Assembly: GCF_001420915.1 (NCBI RefSeq) | Contig: NZ_CP013021.1 | Span: 2,428,361-2,468,360, forward strand | Source: Agarivorans gilvus | Lineage (GTDB): Bacteria; Pseudomonadota; Gammaproteobacteria; Enterobacterales; Celerinatantimonadaceae | Length of the DNA: 40,000 nt | Direction: 5' to 3' | The notes under the pieces: model-generated | What the model was told of the DNA's origin: nothing | The model's database searches: none | Seen by the model: only the letters and a program-made list of their open reading frames with translations | Shown: positions 20,420 through 27,359 of the stretch, piece after piece | How positions within the stretch are numbered: the stretch's first letter is position 1 | Layout: the number at the start of each line of letters is the position of its first letter | Position numbers and translations under genes: made by a program

Positions 20420-20431
20420 TAAAGTCTTACA

Positions 20432-20447
20432 CTGTATTTATATACAG
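20432..20447. promoter_or_regulatory. LexA (SOS) box CTGTATTTATATACAG upstream of umuD
   Basis: Perfect CTGT-N8-ACAG palindrome 13 bp upstream of the umuD start codon. Confidence 0.85.
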
Positions 20448-20672
20448 CAATTATAGATACATTGGGCAAAAAGAGAAACTAGTAATTGCCGTAAAAAAGA
20501 GTCACTTGAATCAGTCTCCGCATAGACGTCAGATGATTGGATGATGTCTGTTCGCGTTTTTACTAAGCCTACCTTTCAGGCATGCAATTACTCTTAAGTG
20601 AGTAATTATCAACTTACAACCATATTGATAGTTATGTTAGATTTGGACTAAAGCCTAACTAAAGGATTTATA

Positions 20673-21410
20673 ATGAAAGCATGGATAGCAATTCCGTTAT
20701 TAGCCTCGGGGTACCTGAACGCTTCTGAATTTCGTACACCAAATTGCCCAATTGGCTGCCCAAGTCTTGATATTGAGGGGAATATAGTCATTTTCGAACG
20801 GCTATACACACTCTCCCAAAATAAGAAAACGAAGTTTGCTGATTGGGTGGCTTATGAAGTCGATGTGCTTAACTTTGGCACAACAACTAACAGAACGTGG
20901 AAAAACAATCCTTTACTTGATGAAAATGAACGACTGGAAAAAGATGACTACAGTGGAGCGTCAAGTAAACTCGATATTGACCGTGGACACCAAGCTCCAC
21001 TAGCAAGTTTTGTGGGAAGTCGCTACTGGCCTACCCTTAACTATTTATCCAATATTACGCCTCAAGCTAAAGGTTTAAACCAGGGCCCATGGAAAAACCT
21101 AGAAGAAGCGGTTAGAGATGCTGTTGGGTTTCGTGAAAACCTATATGTTATTACGGGAACACTTTACCTAAATGAAATGGAAGACTTACCAAAAGCCGAT
21201 GAAGCTCATGCCATACCATCTGATTACTACAAAATTATATATGATGATAAAGGCAACTCTGCCGCGTTCCTAATGAACCAGCAATCAACCAGGGATACAG
21301 ACTACTGCACGACAAAGAAAACAATCTCTGAATTAAGGGCTATCGTGCCATATACCATTCCTGAAGGCTTAGCTGACAGCAATGTAATTTTTGCACGACT
21401 AGGTTGCTGA
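20673..21410 (+). CDS. Secreted DNA/RNA non-specific endonuclease (Endonuclease_NS / NucA family)
   Basis: 245 aa with signal peptide MKAWIAIPLLASGYLNASE. Carries the family active-site motif DRGHQAP (DIDRGHQAPLASF). RBS AAGGA upstream. Confidence 0.8.
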   Translation: MKAWIAIPLLASGYLNASEFRTPNCPIGCPSLDIEGNIVIFERLYTLSQNKKTKFADWVAYEVDVLNFGTTTNRTWKNNPLLDENERLEKDDYSGASSKLDIDRGHQAPLASFVGSRYWPTLNYLSNITPQAKGLNQGPWKNLEEAVRDAVGFRENLYVITGTLYLNEMEDLPKADEAHAIPSDYYKIIYDDKGNSAAFLMNQQSTRDTDYCTTKKTISELRAIVPYTIPEGLADSNVIFARLGC

Positions 21411-21538
21411 ATGTAATTCAAATATCTAGGGGGAAACTTGCTCAACCGACCTCCGAATAAGATGCTCTAGCTCATCTTTGGACATTTCCGAGTTAAAGCC
21501 TTAACTCTAACTCGTCAGTTTCGGATAAATATTTCTAT

Positions 21539-21641
21539 GGGTTAACGCTTTGCTCAGCCGCCGCCGGAATGGAGCTGCTTTGTGCTAGCGTAGCGTACAG
21601 CACAAAGCGAGCGGAGTGTAGGCGCAACAATTTGTTATGCC
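21539..21641 (-). repeat. Roughly 100-nt imperfect palindrome, attC-like (candidate integron-cassette recombination site), or a bidirectional terminator
   Basis: On the - strand it starts GCATAAC (containing the TAA stop of the HNH-like ORF) and ends GTTAACC. These approximate R'' (RYYYAAC) and R' (GTTRRRY), with one mismatch each. Central stem GCTGCTTTGTGCT / AGCACAAAGC(g)AGC has a bulge. The complement GTTATGC recurs just upstream of the same ORF (22952-22959). No intI is present in the window. Confidence 0.3.
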
Positions 21642-22915
21642 TTTTCTGCTTCCACTAGTCGAATAGTTTCGTTGATTGACACTTCATTGATGCTATTTAA
21701 ACAGTCAAATCGCCAGCCACTTACTAAACTGTAGTGTTTAAAGGTATTCCAGAACTTTTGGTAATCTTCATCGTTTGAAAAGTCAACATTATCCTTTTTA
21801 CTAAAAGGAATTATGTATACATAAACAACGCTACCAAGCCTAAACTCTGAAACAACGTGCGGTATATCGGAGTCATCTATTTTGCGAACGTAGTTGGTAA
21901 TTTGAGGTACTTTAGAAAACCCACTATGAACAATATTTACAGCGACATTAGGTAAGCATAACTCTTTCTGATCATCGGTTTTCATCCACGTTATAGTTTG
22001 CTTAAGATCCGCTACATGCTCTTCATCAATTGTAGACAGTGTAATTTTACACAGCGCCTTGTAAAGTTTTGCTGGAGTGAACCTTTTTGTAGAATCCAAA
22101 TGAACTTTTATTTCCTTGTCGCTTACCGTCTCTATATTTTGGGATGCGACAATTGGCATATTGTTTACAACTTGCATGTGCCCATTTTTGTATTTTATTT
22201 TGGGAGTTCCGCTTTTCCCCTTTACACCAAGGAATACCCGATATATGTCTAAATGTTCGATCAGTGATGGTTCGATATTATTTCCAAAGAATTCATTGCA
22301 ATCGTCACATTCGTCACCAAGAATTATATTTTTGTTTCCAAGAGCCTCAGGGATCGCATGAGCCACCTTTCTGAAGGTGGCACCTTCATTCAAAGTTTTA
22401 TTGCAAAACCTACAGCAACGACTTTCTTTTTTTGCATTTCCTATAATTGTTCTTCTGTCATTCCTAGGGAGATTCAAGTTGTACTTTGATGTTAAATCCC
22501 CCGAAAATTCATCCAAAACACGCATTTTTGCTTCAAAATTTGACTGTAGTTCTTCTGTATTGCCAAACTCATTTAGAGTAGAAATGTATGTTTCTAGCTT
22601 TAACTTTTCCGACGTGTCAGTCGGTATAGACGGAAGCACTAAAAAATATTCATTGGTTGATAGATTTTCTATTTTGCTCTTCAGCCTGTTTAAAATCGGA
22701 TGAGAGCTTGCATACTTGACGACAAAGTCAGAGACTTTTTGCTTTAAATCTTCTGTCAATTTCTGCTCTGAAGAAACTTTTAAGGTGTTGTCTTTAATAT
22801 CGCCAAAGCATGCCAACAGCTCTAAATATACAGTACCAGTTTCTTCGTTAGCTGGCTGAAGGTTGATACCAAAGCCATCACCTTCTGTCATAAAGCAAAT
22901 ATTGTAACTTTCCAT
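21635..22915 (-). CDS. HNH-like (HNH_5-type) nuclease-domain protein with unknown N- and C-terminal regions
   Basis: 426 aa. The central block CRFCNKTLNEGATFRKVAHAIPEALGNKNIILGDECDDCNEFFGNNIE follows the CxxC...H...CxxCN pattern of HNH endonucleases. About 170 aa on the N side and 200 aa on the C side are not recognisable to me. Confidence 0.5.
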   Translation of the reverse strand: MESYNICFMTEGDGFGINLQPANEETGTVYLELLACFGDIKDNTLKVSSEQKLTEDLKQKVSDFVVKYASSHPILNRLKSKIENLSTNEYFLVLPSIPTDTSEKLKLETYISTLNEFGNTEELQSNFEAKMRVLDEFSGDLTSKYNLNLPRNDRRTIIGNAKKESRCCRFCNKTLNEGATFRKVAHAIPEALGNKNIILGDECDDCNEFFGNNIEPSLIEHLDIYRVFLGVKGKSGTPKIKYKNGHMQVVNNMPIVASQNIETVSDKEIKVHLDSTKRFTPAKLYKALCKITLSTIDEEHVADLKQTITWMKTDDQKELCLPNVAVNIVHSGFSKVPQITNYVRKIDDSDIPHVVSEFRLGSVVYVYIIPFSKKDNVDFSNDEDYQKFWNTFKHYSLVSGWRFDCLNSINEVSINETIRLVEAEKA

Positions 22916-23258
22916 ACTAGATTTCCGTAATCAATTTGCCACCGCACTGTAGGCATAACATCTTAGTATTGATGTCCTGTGCGGTTTGCTGGGAATCAAT
23001 CGATGTTGGACTTGGCAACTGCCACATCCGGATTATTTGGTATTAATCATGCTATAGGAATTTGCTTTTTTACGGTAGGGGGTTCTTTAACCGATTGAAG
23101 ACTAATTGCTTGAATTATTTTATGCTTTATCGCCCTACGACTTGCACTGTCCCAGTAATAGTGGACACGCTTAATCATTACTAAAATTTGGTCAACTGGA
23201 TTGCTTAAATTGGAAAGGCTCTGACATCCGTACCTCCGAATGGGGCATAAGTAATTTA

Positions 23259-23387
23259 TGAAACAAGCTGTTTCACATTTTTGCAAGAACCTCTTGCAAA
23301 ATTAGGGACGAGAATTTGTCCAACAGGCTGTTGGACATTTGTTGAATCAGACTACTTTCTAATTGTGCAACAGCTTGCTGCACAATT
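23259..23387 (+). repeat. Hairpin-module element, copy B (four consecutive stem-loops with 3-nt loops)
   Basis: Four stem-loops: TGAAACA-agc-TGTTTCA (23259-23275), TTTTGCAAGA-acc-TCTTGCAAAA (23279-23301), TGTCCAACA-ggc-TGTTGGACA (23317-23337), and AATTGTGCAaCAg-ctt-gcTGCACAATT (23361-23387). An alternative stem GGAC-N8-GTCC (23306-23321) overlaps the third. Confidence 0.6.
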
Positions 23388-23548
23388 GACGTAGATGGAA
23401 ATTGTACTGAAAAAGCGATAAAACCGTGGCCAGTTTTACTTGACCACTACATAGGTTATTACAGCCAAATCAGGCCTTACCAATTTTCGCACTCATGTAA
23501 GTATCAGAATCGCGTTTAGCTAATCATTAAATCTCGACCGAGTTCATA

Positions 23549-23854
23549 TTAGGCATAGTTAAAATGATGCTTCATAAAAAAATCCAGATAGCATCCTCTT
23601 TCTAACGTTCTTTCTTCGATCTGCTTCCACAACACGGGTAAATAGGTCTTAAGAACTTCAGCAGCCGATTGATAGTATTCATCCACACAGTCCCCATCAG
23701 CTGCTTTTAGCCAATCAGAAGGAGTTAAAAGGGTCAATCCTTGGTGGTAGTATTCAGGAATAGCTTTACGAATTGATTCTTCAGTGCCGCTGGCGACATA
23801 AATTGTAACGCCTTCACCCGTCGCGTAATAATGGCTAACTCCTACATAAAACAT
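23549..23854 (-). CDS. Hypothetical protein (about 101 aa)
   Basis: The track ORF is 23549-23896. I prefer the ATG at 23854 (MFYVGVSHYYATGEG...), which has AGGAG 6 nt upstream. No family recognised. Confidence 0.5.
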   Translation of the reverse strand: MFYVGVSHYYATGEGVTIYVASGTEESIRKAIPEYYHQGLTLLTPSDWLKAADGDCVDEYYQSAAEVLKTYLPVLWKQIEERTLERGCYLDFFMKHHFNYA

Positions 23855-24407
23855 ATTAACTCCTGACATCCTATTGCTTAATGAAAGTAACTTCACTGAT
23901 AATAAAAATTCTTAAACTCCAACACATTTCTGAAAACGCCCTAACTAGCATAATAAGTCATTAACCATAATGTAAGGTTCGTTCTGAAACATTTTTGAGG
24001 CATAAGCATTGCCAGCAATGTCTGGATGTTCAGGTAGATTTGAACTCGACAGGTTACAAGCATATACTGCTGATGCTTGCTATGAGAAACGTGGCTTCGG
24101 CTCCACTCGTAGACAGATTAATCCAAATAACCCTGTTCTCTTCCGCTCATAGAGTATTGACCACAGGTAGCAGAACAAGAGCCACTAACAGTGGCTCTTG
24201 TCGTATCTAAGTGTTAGAAAAGTTGAGGTATCCCCCTTCAACATTGCCACTTTCATATGTGGGGCGTAACACATTTGGGGGCAGAATTTTCTTAGACTAA
24301 TCACTTAAGTTAGGAAAGTACGGATTGTCTATAAACAGGTGTCGGGAAGCACCTTTTGTTAAATGCGTCCTCTGAGAAATTCAATTGAGGCCAAGCTTAC
24401 TTTATTA

Positions 24408-24716
24408 TTATGATTTAAAAGACACCTTAGACTTATCAATACCAAAACTTTCATCTGGAAGCTCTTGGCTTTTGTCAAACATGACAATACTTCTGCGATG
24501 CTCCTTTAACGCGGAAAGAGCAATTTTAAAACAGCCTTCACATAAATCTAGGTGATAGCAGCTACCATCTTCTTTAGAACCGTATCCCCATTGAGCATTG
24601 AGTTTTCCTGCTTCTTCAATTTTATGGCCATTGACGTCTACCATTAGGCTTTCACCACAAACGTCGCAGACACTATCTATCATAGTCTCAACATATTGTT
24701 TCCCATATATTTTCAT
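24408..24716 (-). CDS. Small zinc-ribbon-like protein (two CxxC pairs), function unknown
   Basis: 102 aa with CDVCG ... CEGCF. Sits 50 bp downstream of the cREC-like gene on the same strand, so probably co-transcribed. Confidence 0.55.
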   Translation of the reverse strand: MKIYGKQYVETMIDSVCDVCGESLMVDVNGHKIEEAGKLNAQWGYGSKEDGSCYHLDLCEGCFKIALSALKEHRRSIVMFDKSQELPDESFGIDKSKVSFKS

Positions 24717-24766
24717 ATAGATACTCTTGGTTAGTATTATTAGTTAACGTTAGCAATACTTTGAAC

Positions 24767-25081
24767 TTAAGCCAACGGTGACTTGTTATGTCTTTGAACA
24801 ATATGATTGATGTTTTTAATACCTAGCTCCATCTTTTGACGCGCCGATGAGTTTGCAGAGTGCACTTTCATTTTGGGTGGGACAAATTGATTAAGCAATG
24901 CCTGCTCTTCTATCCAAAGCACAACATCATATCCAGTGCCGTGGTCATCATTTCCGAGATCATGGTCTAAGCTAATTTCTGTTACTTCACCTGTTTTCAG
25001 CAATTCTATGGCTTCCTCCGGCCAATATACTCTTACCCACCCTTCAGGTGTCTCTCGTTCATCATCTAGGTAAACTTTCAT
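24767..25081 (-). CDS. Receiver-like small protein resembling the cyclic-phosphate-processing receiver (cREC) family
   Basis: 104 aa. MKVYLDDERETPEGWVRVYWPEEAIELL...ISLDHDLG matches my recollection of the MK.fLDDeR.P.GW...SLDHDLG pattern of these phage/island-borne receiver-fold proteins. RBS GGAG upstream. Confidence 0.5.
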   Translation of the reverse strand: MKVYLDDERETPEGWVRVYWPEEAIELLKTGEVTEISLDHDLGNDDHGTGYDVVLWIEEQALLNQFVPPKMKVHSANSSARQKMELGIKNINHIVQRHNKSPLA

Positions 25082-25266
25082 GTCTTTACTCCATGTTCAC
25101 ACCCGACAGAGCATGTCGTAGCATGGTGAATTTTAATAGCCTGATATACTTTTACCAATCCACAAAAATCAGGAAAAATTAAAAGTTATGCAACGTACGA
25201 CGCCTCCCCAACACAAATTAAAACATGACTACCTTTAAAATATACCTCGCTAGTATGATATCGAAT

Positions 25267-25346
25267 GCGTTACGCAACTTGCGTAACGCAACTTGCGTAA
25301 CGCAACTTGCGTAACGCAACTTGCGTAACGCAGCTTGCGCAATTGC
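25267..25346. repeat. Tandem repeat, 14-bp unit GCGTAACGCAACTT, about 5.7 copies; fully self-complementary array
   Basis: Copies start at 25267 (variant GCGTTACGCAACTT), then 25281, 25295 and 25309 (identical), then 25323 (GCGTAACGCAGCTT), with a partial GCGCAATTGC at 25337. The array alternates ACGCAA and TTGCGT half-sites with 1-nt spacers. It can therefore pair in many registers (for example TTACGCAA-c-TTGCGTAA). Confidence 0.9.
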
Positions 25347-25497
25347 TATTTCCTTTAATTTTCAATTTCTTAAAGTAAAGTTTGCGCACATCACAAGCTG
25401 AATTGTGCTGCTGTATATAACAGCTAAATCACGAAAACGTCGCCGTCAACGAAGTAGAGAAAACCAACCTTTACATCGTTACTCATTACGTCTGTGG

Positions 25498-26520
25498 CTA
25501 GAAAATATTTAGGCCAAATATGTCTTTGATATCAAAGAGCACTTTATCTGTCTTTTCTCGTGAAACTTGACTTCCTGCCTTCAAAATGTCGATTAGTTGT
25601 GCCTTATCATTTAAGTACACGGCTCTTTTTTGTCGAATAGGCCGGAGCATTTCTTGTAAGCATTCTTCTAGGATTCTCTTCGTCACGCCGTCACCTAGTC
25701 CTCCTCGTTGATAGTGTTGCTTTAATTGTTGGACATAGCTTTCATCAGAATGAAAAGCATCTAAATAAGTAAACACCACATTCCCTTCTATCTTGCCGGG
25801 GTCTTCAATTCTTACATGGTGAGGGTCGGTATACATAGACTTGACCGCTGCGGTGATTTCCTTTTCACTCGCTCCTAGATTAATAGTGTTCCCCATCGAT
25901 TTAGACATCTTATTTTTTCCATCGGTGCTGGGTAAGCGTGGCGCTTTGCTTAACAATGGCTGACATTCATTGAGAACATTGCGCCCGGCTAATGCGTTTA
26001 TCTTCCGCACGATTTCATTGGTTTGTTCAAGCATTGGTAATTGGTCGTCACCAACGGGGACTAATGTTGCGTTAAACCCAGTGATATCCGCGGCCTGAGA
26101 GATGGGATACGTTAAGAAACCTGCGGGGATGGAGCGCTCAAATCCTTTATTCTGAATTTCACTTTTAACTGTAGGATTACGCTCTAATCGACTAATAGTA
26201 ACTAGGTTACTGTAATACATAGTGAGTTCGGCAAGCGCTGGTAATTGTGACTGAAGGCATATAGTCGTTGCTGATGGGTCTATCCCTACAGCGAGGTAAT
26301 CCGCCACCACATTTAGAATATTCGATGACACTTTTTGAGGGTGAAGGGCATTGTCTGTCAGGCCTTGCATATCAGCAACAAGAATGGTTTGTTCATGGTG
26401 AGCTTGTAAAGCGACACGCTGCTTTAAAGAACCAACGTAATGGCCTAGGTGTAATGGGCCAGTCGCTCTATCACCGGTTAAAATAACCTCTGATTTATCC
26501 GTTTTATGTTGTGTATTCAT
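25498..26520 (-). CDS. trpS: Tryptophan--tRNA ligase, TrpRS-II type paralogue (auxiliary trpS)
   Basis: 340 aa. HIGH-type motif GPLHLGHYVG and KMSKS motif present. Overall it resembles the Deinococcus TrpRS-II type (TGDR.TG.LHLGH, LVADMQGLTD, VPVGDDQLPMLEQT) rather than the housekeeping gammaproteobacterial TrpS. RBS GAGGAG upstream. Confidence 0.9.
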   Translation of the reverse strand: MNTQHKTDKSEVILTGDRATGPLHLGHYVGSLKQRVALQAHHEQTILVADMQGLTDNALHPQKVSSNILNVVADYLAVGIDPSATTICLQSQLPALAELTMYYSNLVTISRLERNPTVKSEIQNKGFERSIPAGFLTYPISQAADITGFNATLVPVGDDQLPMLEQTNEIVRKINALAGRNVLNECQPLLSKAPRLPSTDGKNKMSKSMGNTINLGASEKEITAAVKSMYTDPHHVRIEDPGKIEGNVVFTYLDAFHSDESYVQQLKQHYQRGGLGDGVTKRILEECLQEMLRPIRQKRAVYLNDKAQLIDILKAGSQVSREKTDKVLFDIKDIFGLNIF

Positions 26521-26623
26521 CGGTATATCTCCTCGTCAAATAAATTGGCCACTGGAGATACAAAAGAGATGACATTCTTAGCTACCTACCAGCAGCATAA
26601 GAATGTAAGAATTCTGTGCCGCT

Positions 26624-26677
26624 CTAATGAGAGCGCCACCAAAGAATAGATAATGTAGGCATTGGAATATTATTCAT
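26624..26677 (-). promoter_or_regulatory. Candidate trpL-like leader peptide ORF (MNNIPMPTLSILWWRSH*) of a Trp-sensing attenuator for the auxiliary trpS
   Basis: 17-codon ORF about 100 nt upstream of trpS with tandem TGG TGG codons (26636-26641), ending WWRSH-stop. E. coli TrpL ends GWWRTS-stop. The Trp codons lie inside the stem GGCGCTCT-catt-AGAGCGGC. Downstream is a 12-bp bulged hairpin ACATTCTTAtGCT...AGCTAAGAATGT followed by CATCTCTTTTG. No clear SD precedes the ORF; a possible -35/-10 pair (TTGTCT-N17-TAGATT, 26684-26712) would make it nearly leaderless. Confidence 0.5.
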
Positions 26678-27288
26678 GACAGGAATCTAACAATAATCAA
26701 GTTAGGAGACAAGCGTTTGAGCGCTCCCTTAGCATCTATGTAGGCAACTCGTTGGCTTTACTCTAAGTTTAAGCGTCAAATTGCTTCTTCGGTTATAAAC
26801 TAGCTACCAATGATAAAAGTACTGTGTTTTTAATGTTATCGAGAACAAACATTAGATGATGAAATTTCCTGGCAACTCGACCTGAATTTTGTCCGTTTGT
26901 AATTACAGTGCGGGTTACAGAGCGACATGTGTAGTGAATTACTGGATTCAGCCTGTCAAAATGGCGAGTCTTTGAGCACTTTGAAGGCCCGTATGAGAGA
27001 CCCAATAATTTTTACCCTTTTCCGGCGTAGTGTTTTCACCTAGGCCGTAAAACACAGCACCAATTACTGAATTATTCCAATGTCCCCTCAAGTAAATTCC
27101 CGCGTAATTTACACACATATAGAAATGATTCATCAGACAAATTGTCTACTGACTGTGTAAGCGAGGAGTGCTTATCTGATGTATTTAGGTGCCTGTTTGG
27201 TAAGGTCTGAAAACTTTATATAAACGCTACCCTTCAAAAGAGACCGTTAAAGCAGTTTTTCGAATACACTTAACTTTGAGTTCCGCAC

Positions 27289-27315
27289 AAAAAAAAAGCG
27301 GACTATAAAGTCCGC
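27289..27315 (-). terminator. Intrinsic terminator of the minus-strand oxidoreductase operon (right edge of the island)
   Basis: On the - strand: GCGGACT-ttat-AGTCCGC followed by T9. Confidence 0.85.
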
Positions 27316-27359
27316 AAACAAATCAAAAGTTCAAAGGAGAGGTCTAATGAATAAATGAA

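Noticed and set aside
23047-23286. 79-aa minus-strand ORF overlapping hairpin element B
   Set aside because: Its first 10 codons are the hairpin sequences themselves. There is no RBS, and the composition is Cys/Ile-rich and odd. It is more likely non-coding, though a shorter product from the internal MIKRVHYYWD cannot be excluded.
24040-24065. tRNA-like T-loop string GAGTTCAAATCTAC (minus strand), possible tRNA fragment or att site
   Set aside because: The flanking bases do not form the 5-bp T-stem (TCGAG versus CTACC), and no acceptor or anticodon arms can be drawn. This is a chance match to GTTCAAATC.
23995-24210. 71-aa + strand ORF in the 550-bp spacer
   Set aside because: No RBS and no recognisable fold. 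It runs through the 12-bp perfect hairpin at 24175-24201 and lies opposite to the surrounding transcription direction.
25267-25346. Tandem repeat considered as a CRISPR array, type III antitoxin RNA or iterons
   Set aside because: The units are contiguous with no spacers, which rules out CRISPR. A 14-nt unit is far shorter than known ToxI-type repeats (about 36 nt) and shorter than typical 17-22 bp iterons. No rep, cas or toxN-like gene is adjacent. It is kept as an unexplained repeat instead.
25411-25423. CTGTATATAACAG as a second LexA box
   Set aside because: The spacing is CTGT-N5-ACAG, not the N8 of gammaproteobacterial SOS boxes.
26793-27133. Overlapping minus-strand ORFs of 70 and 61 aa at the right end of the island
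   Set aside because: No RBS and no recognisable family. The two frames overlap, as expected for random ORFs or a badly decayed gene remnant. A faint resemblance of ...VFYGLGENTTPEKGKNYW... to the papain-like ...GYG...G..YW... region is too weak to call.
15027-27288. Island interpreted as a prophage, ICE or classical integron
   Set aside because: No integrase (tyrosine or serine), intI, transposase, or capsid/terminase or conjugation genes are visible in any frame. Only one attC-like site is seen, and gene orientations are mixed. It is described as a recombinase-free accessory island instead.
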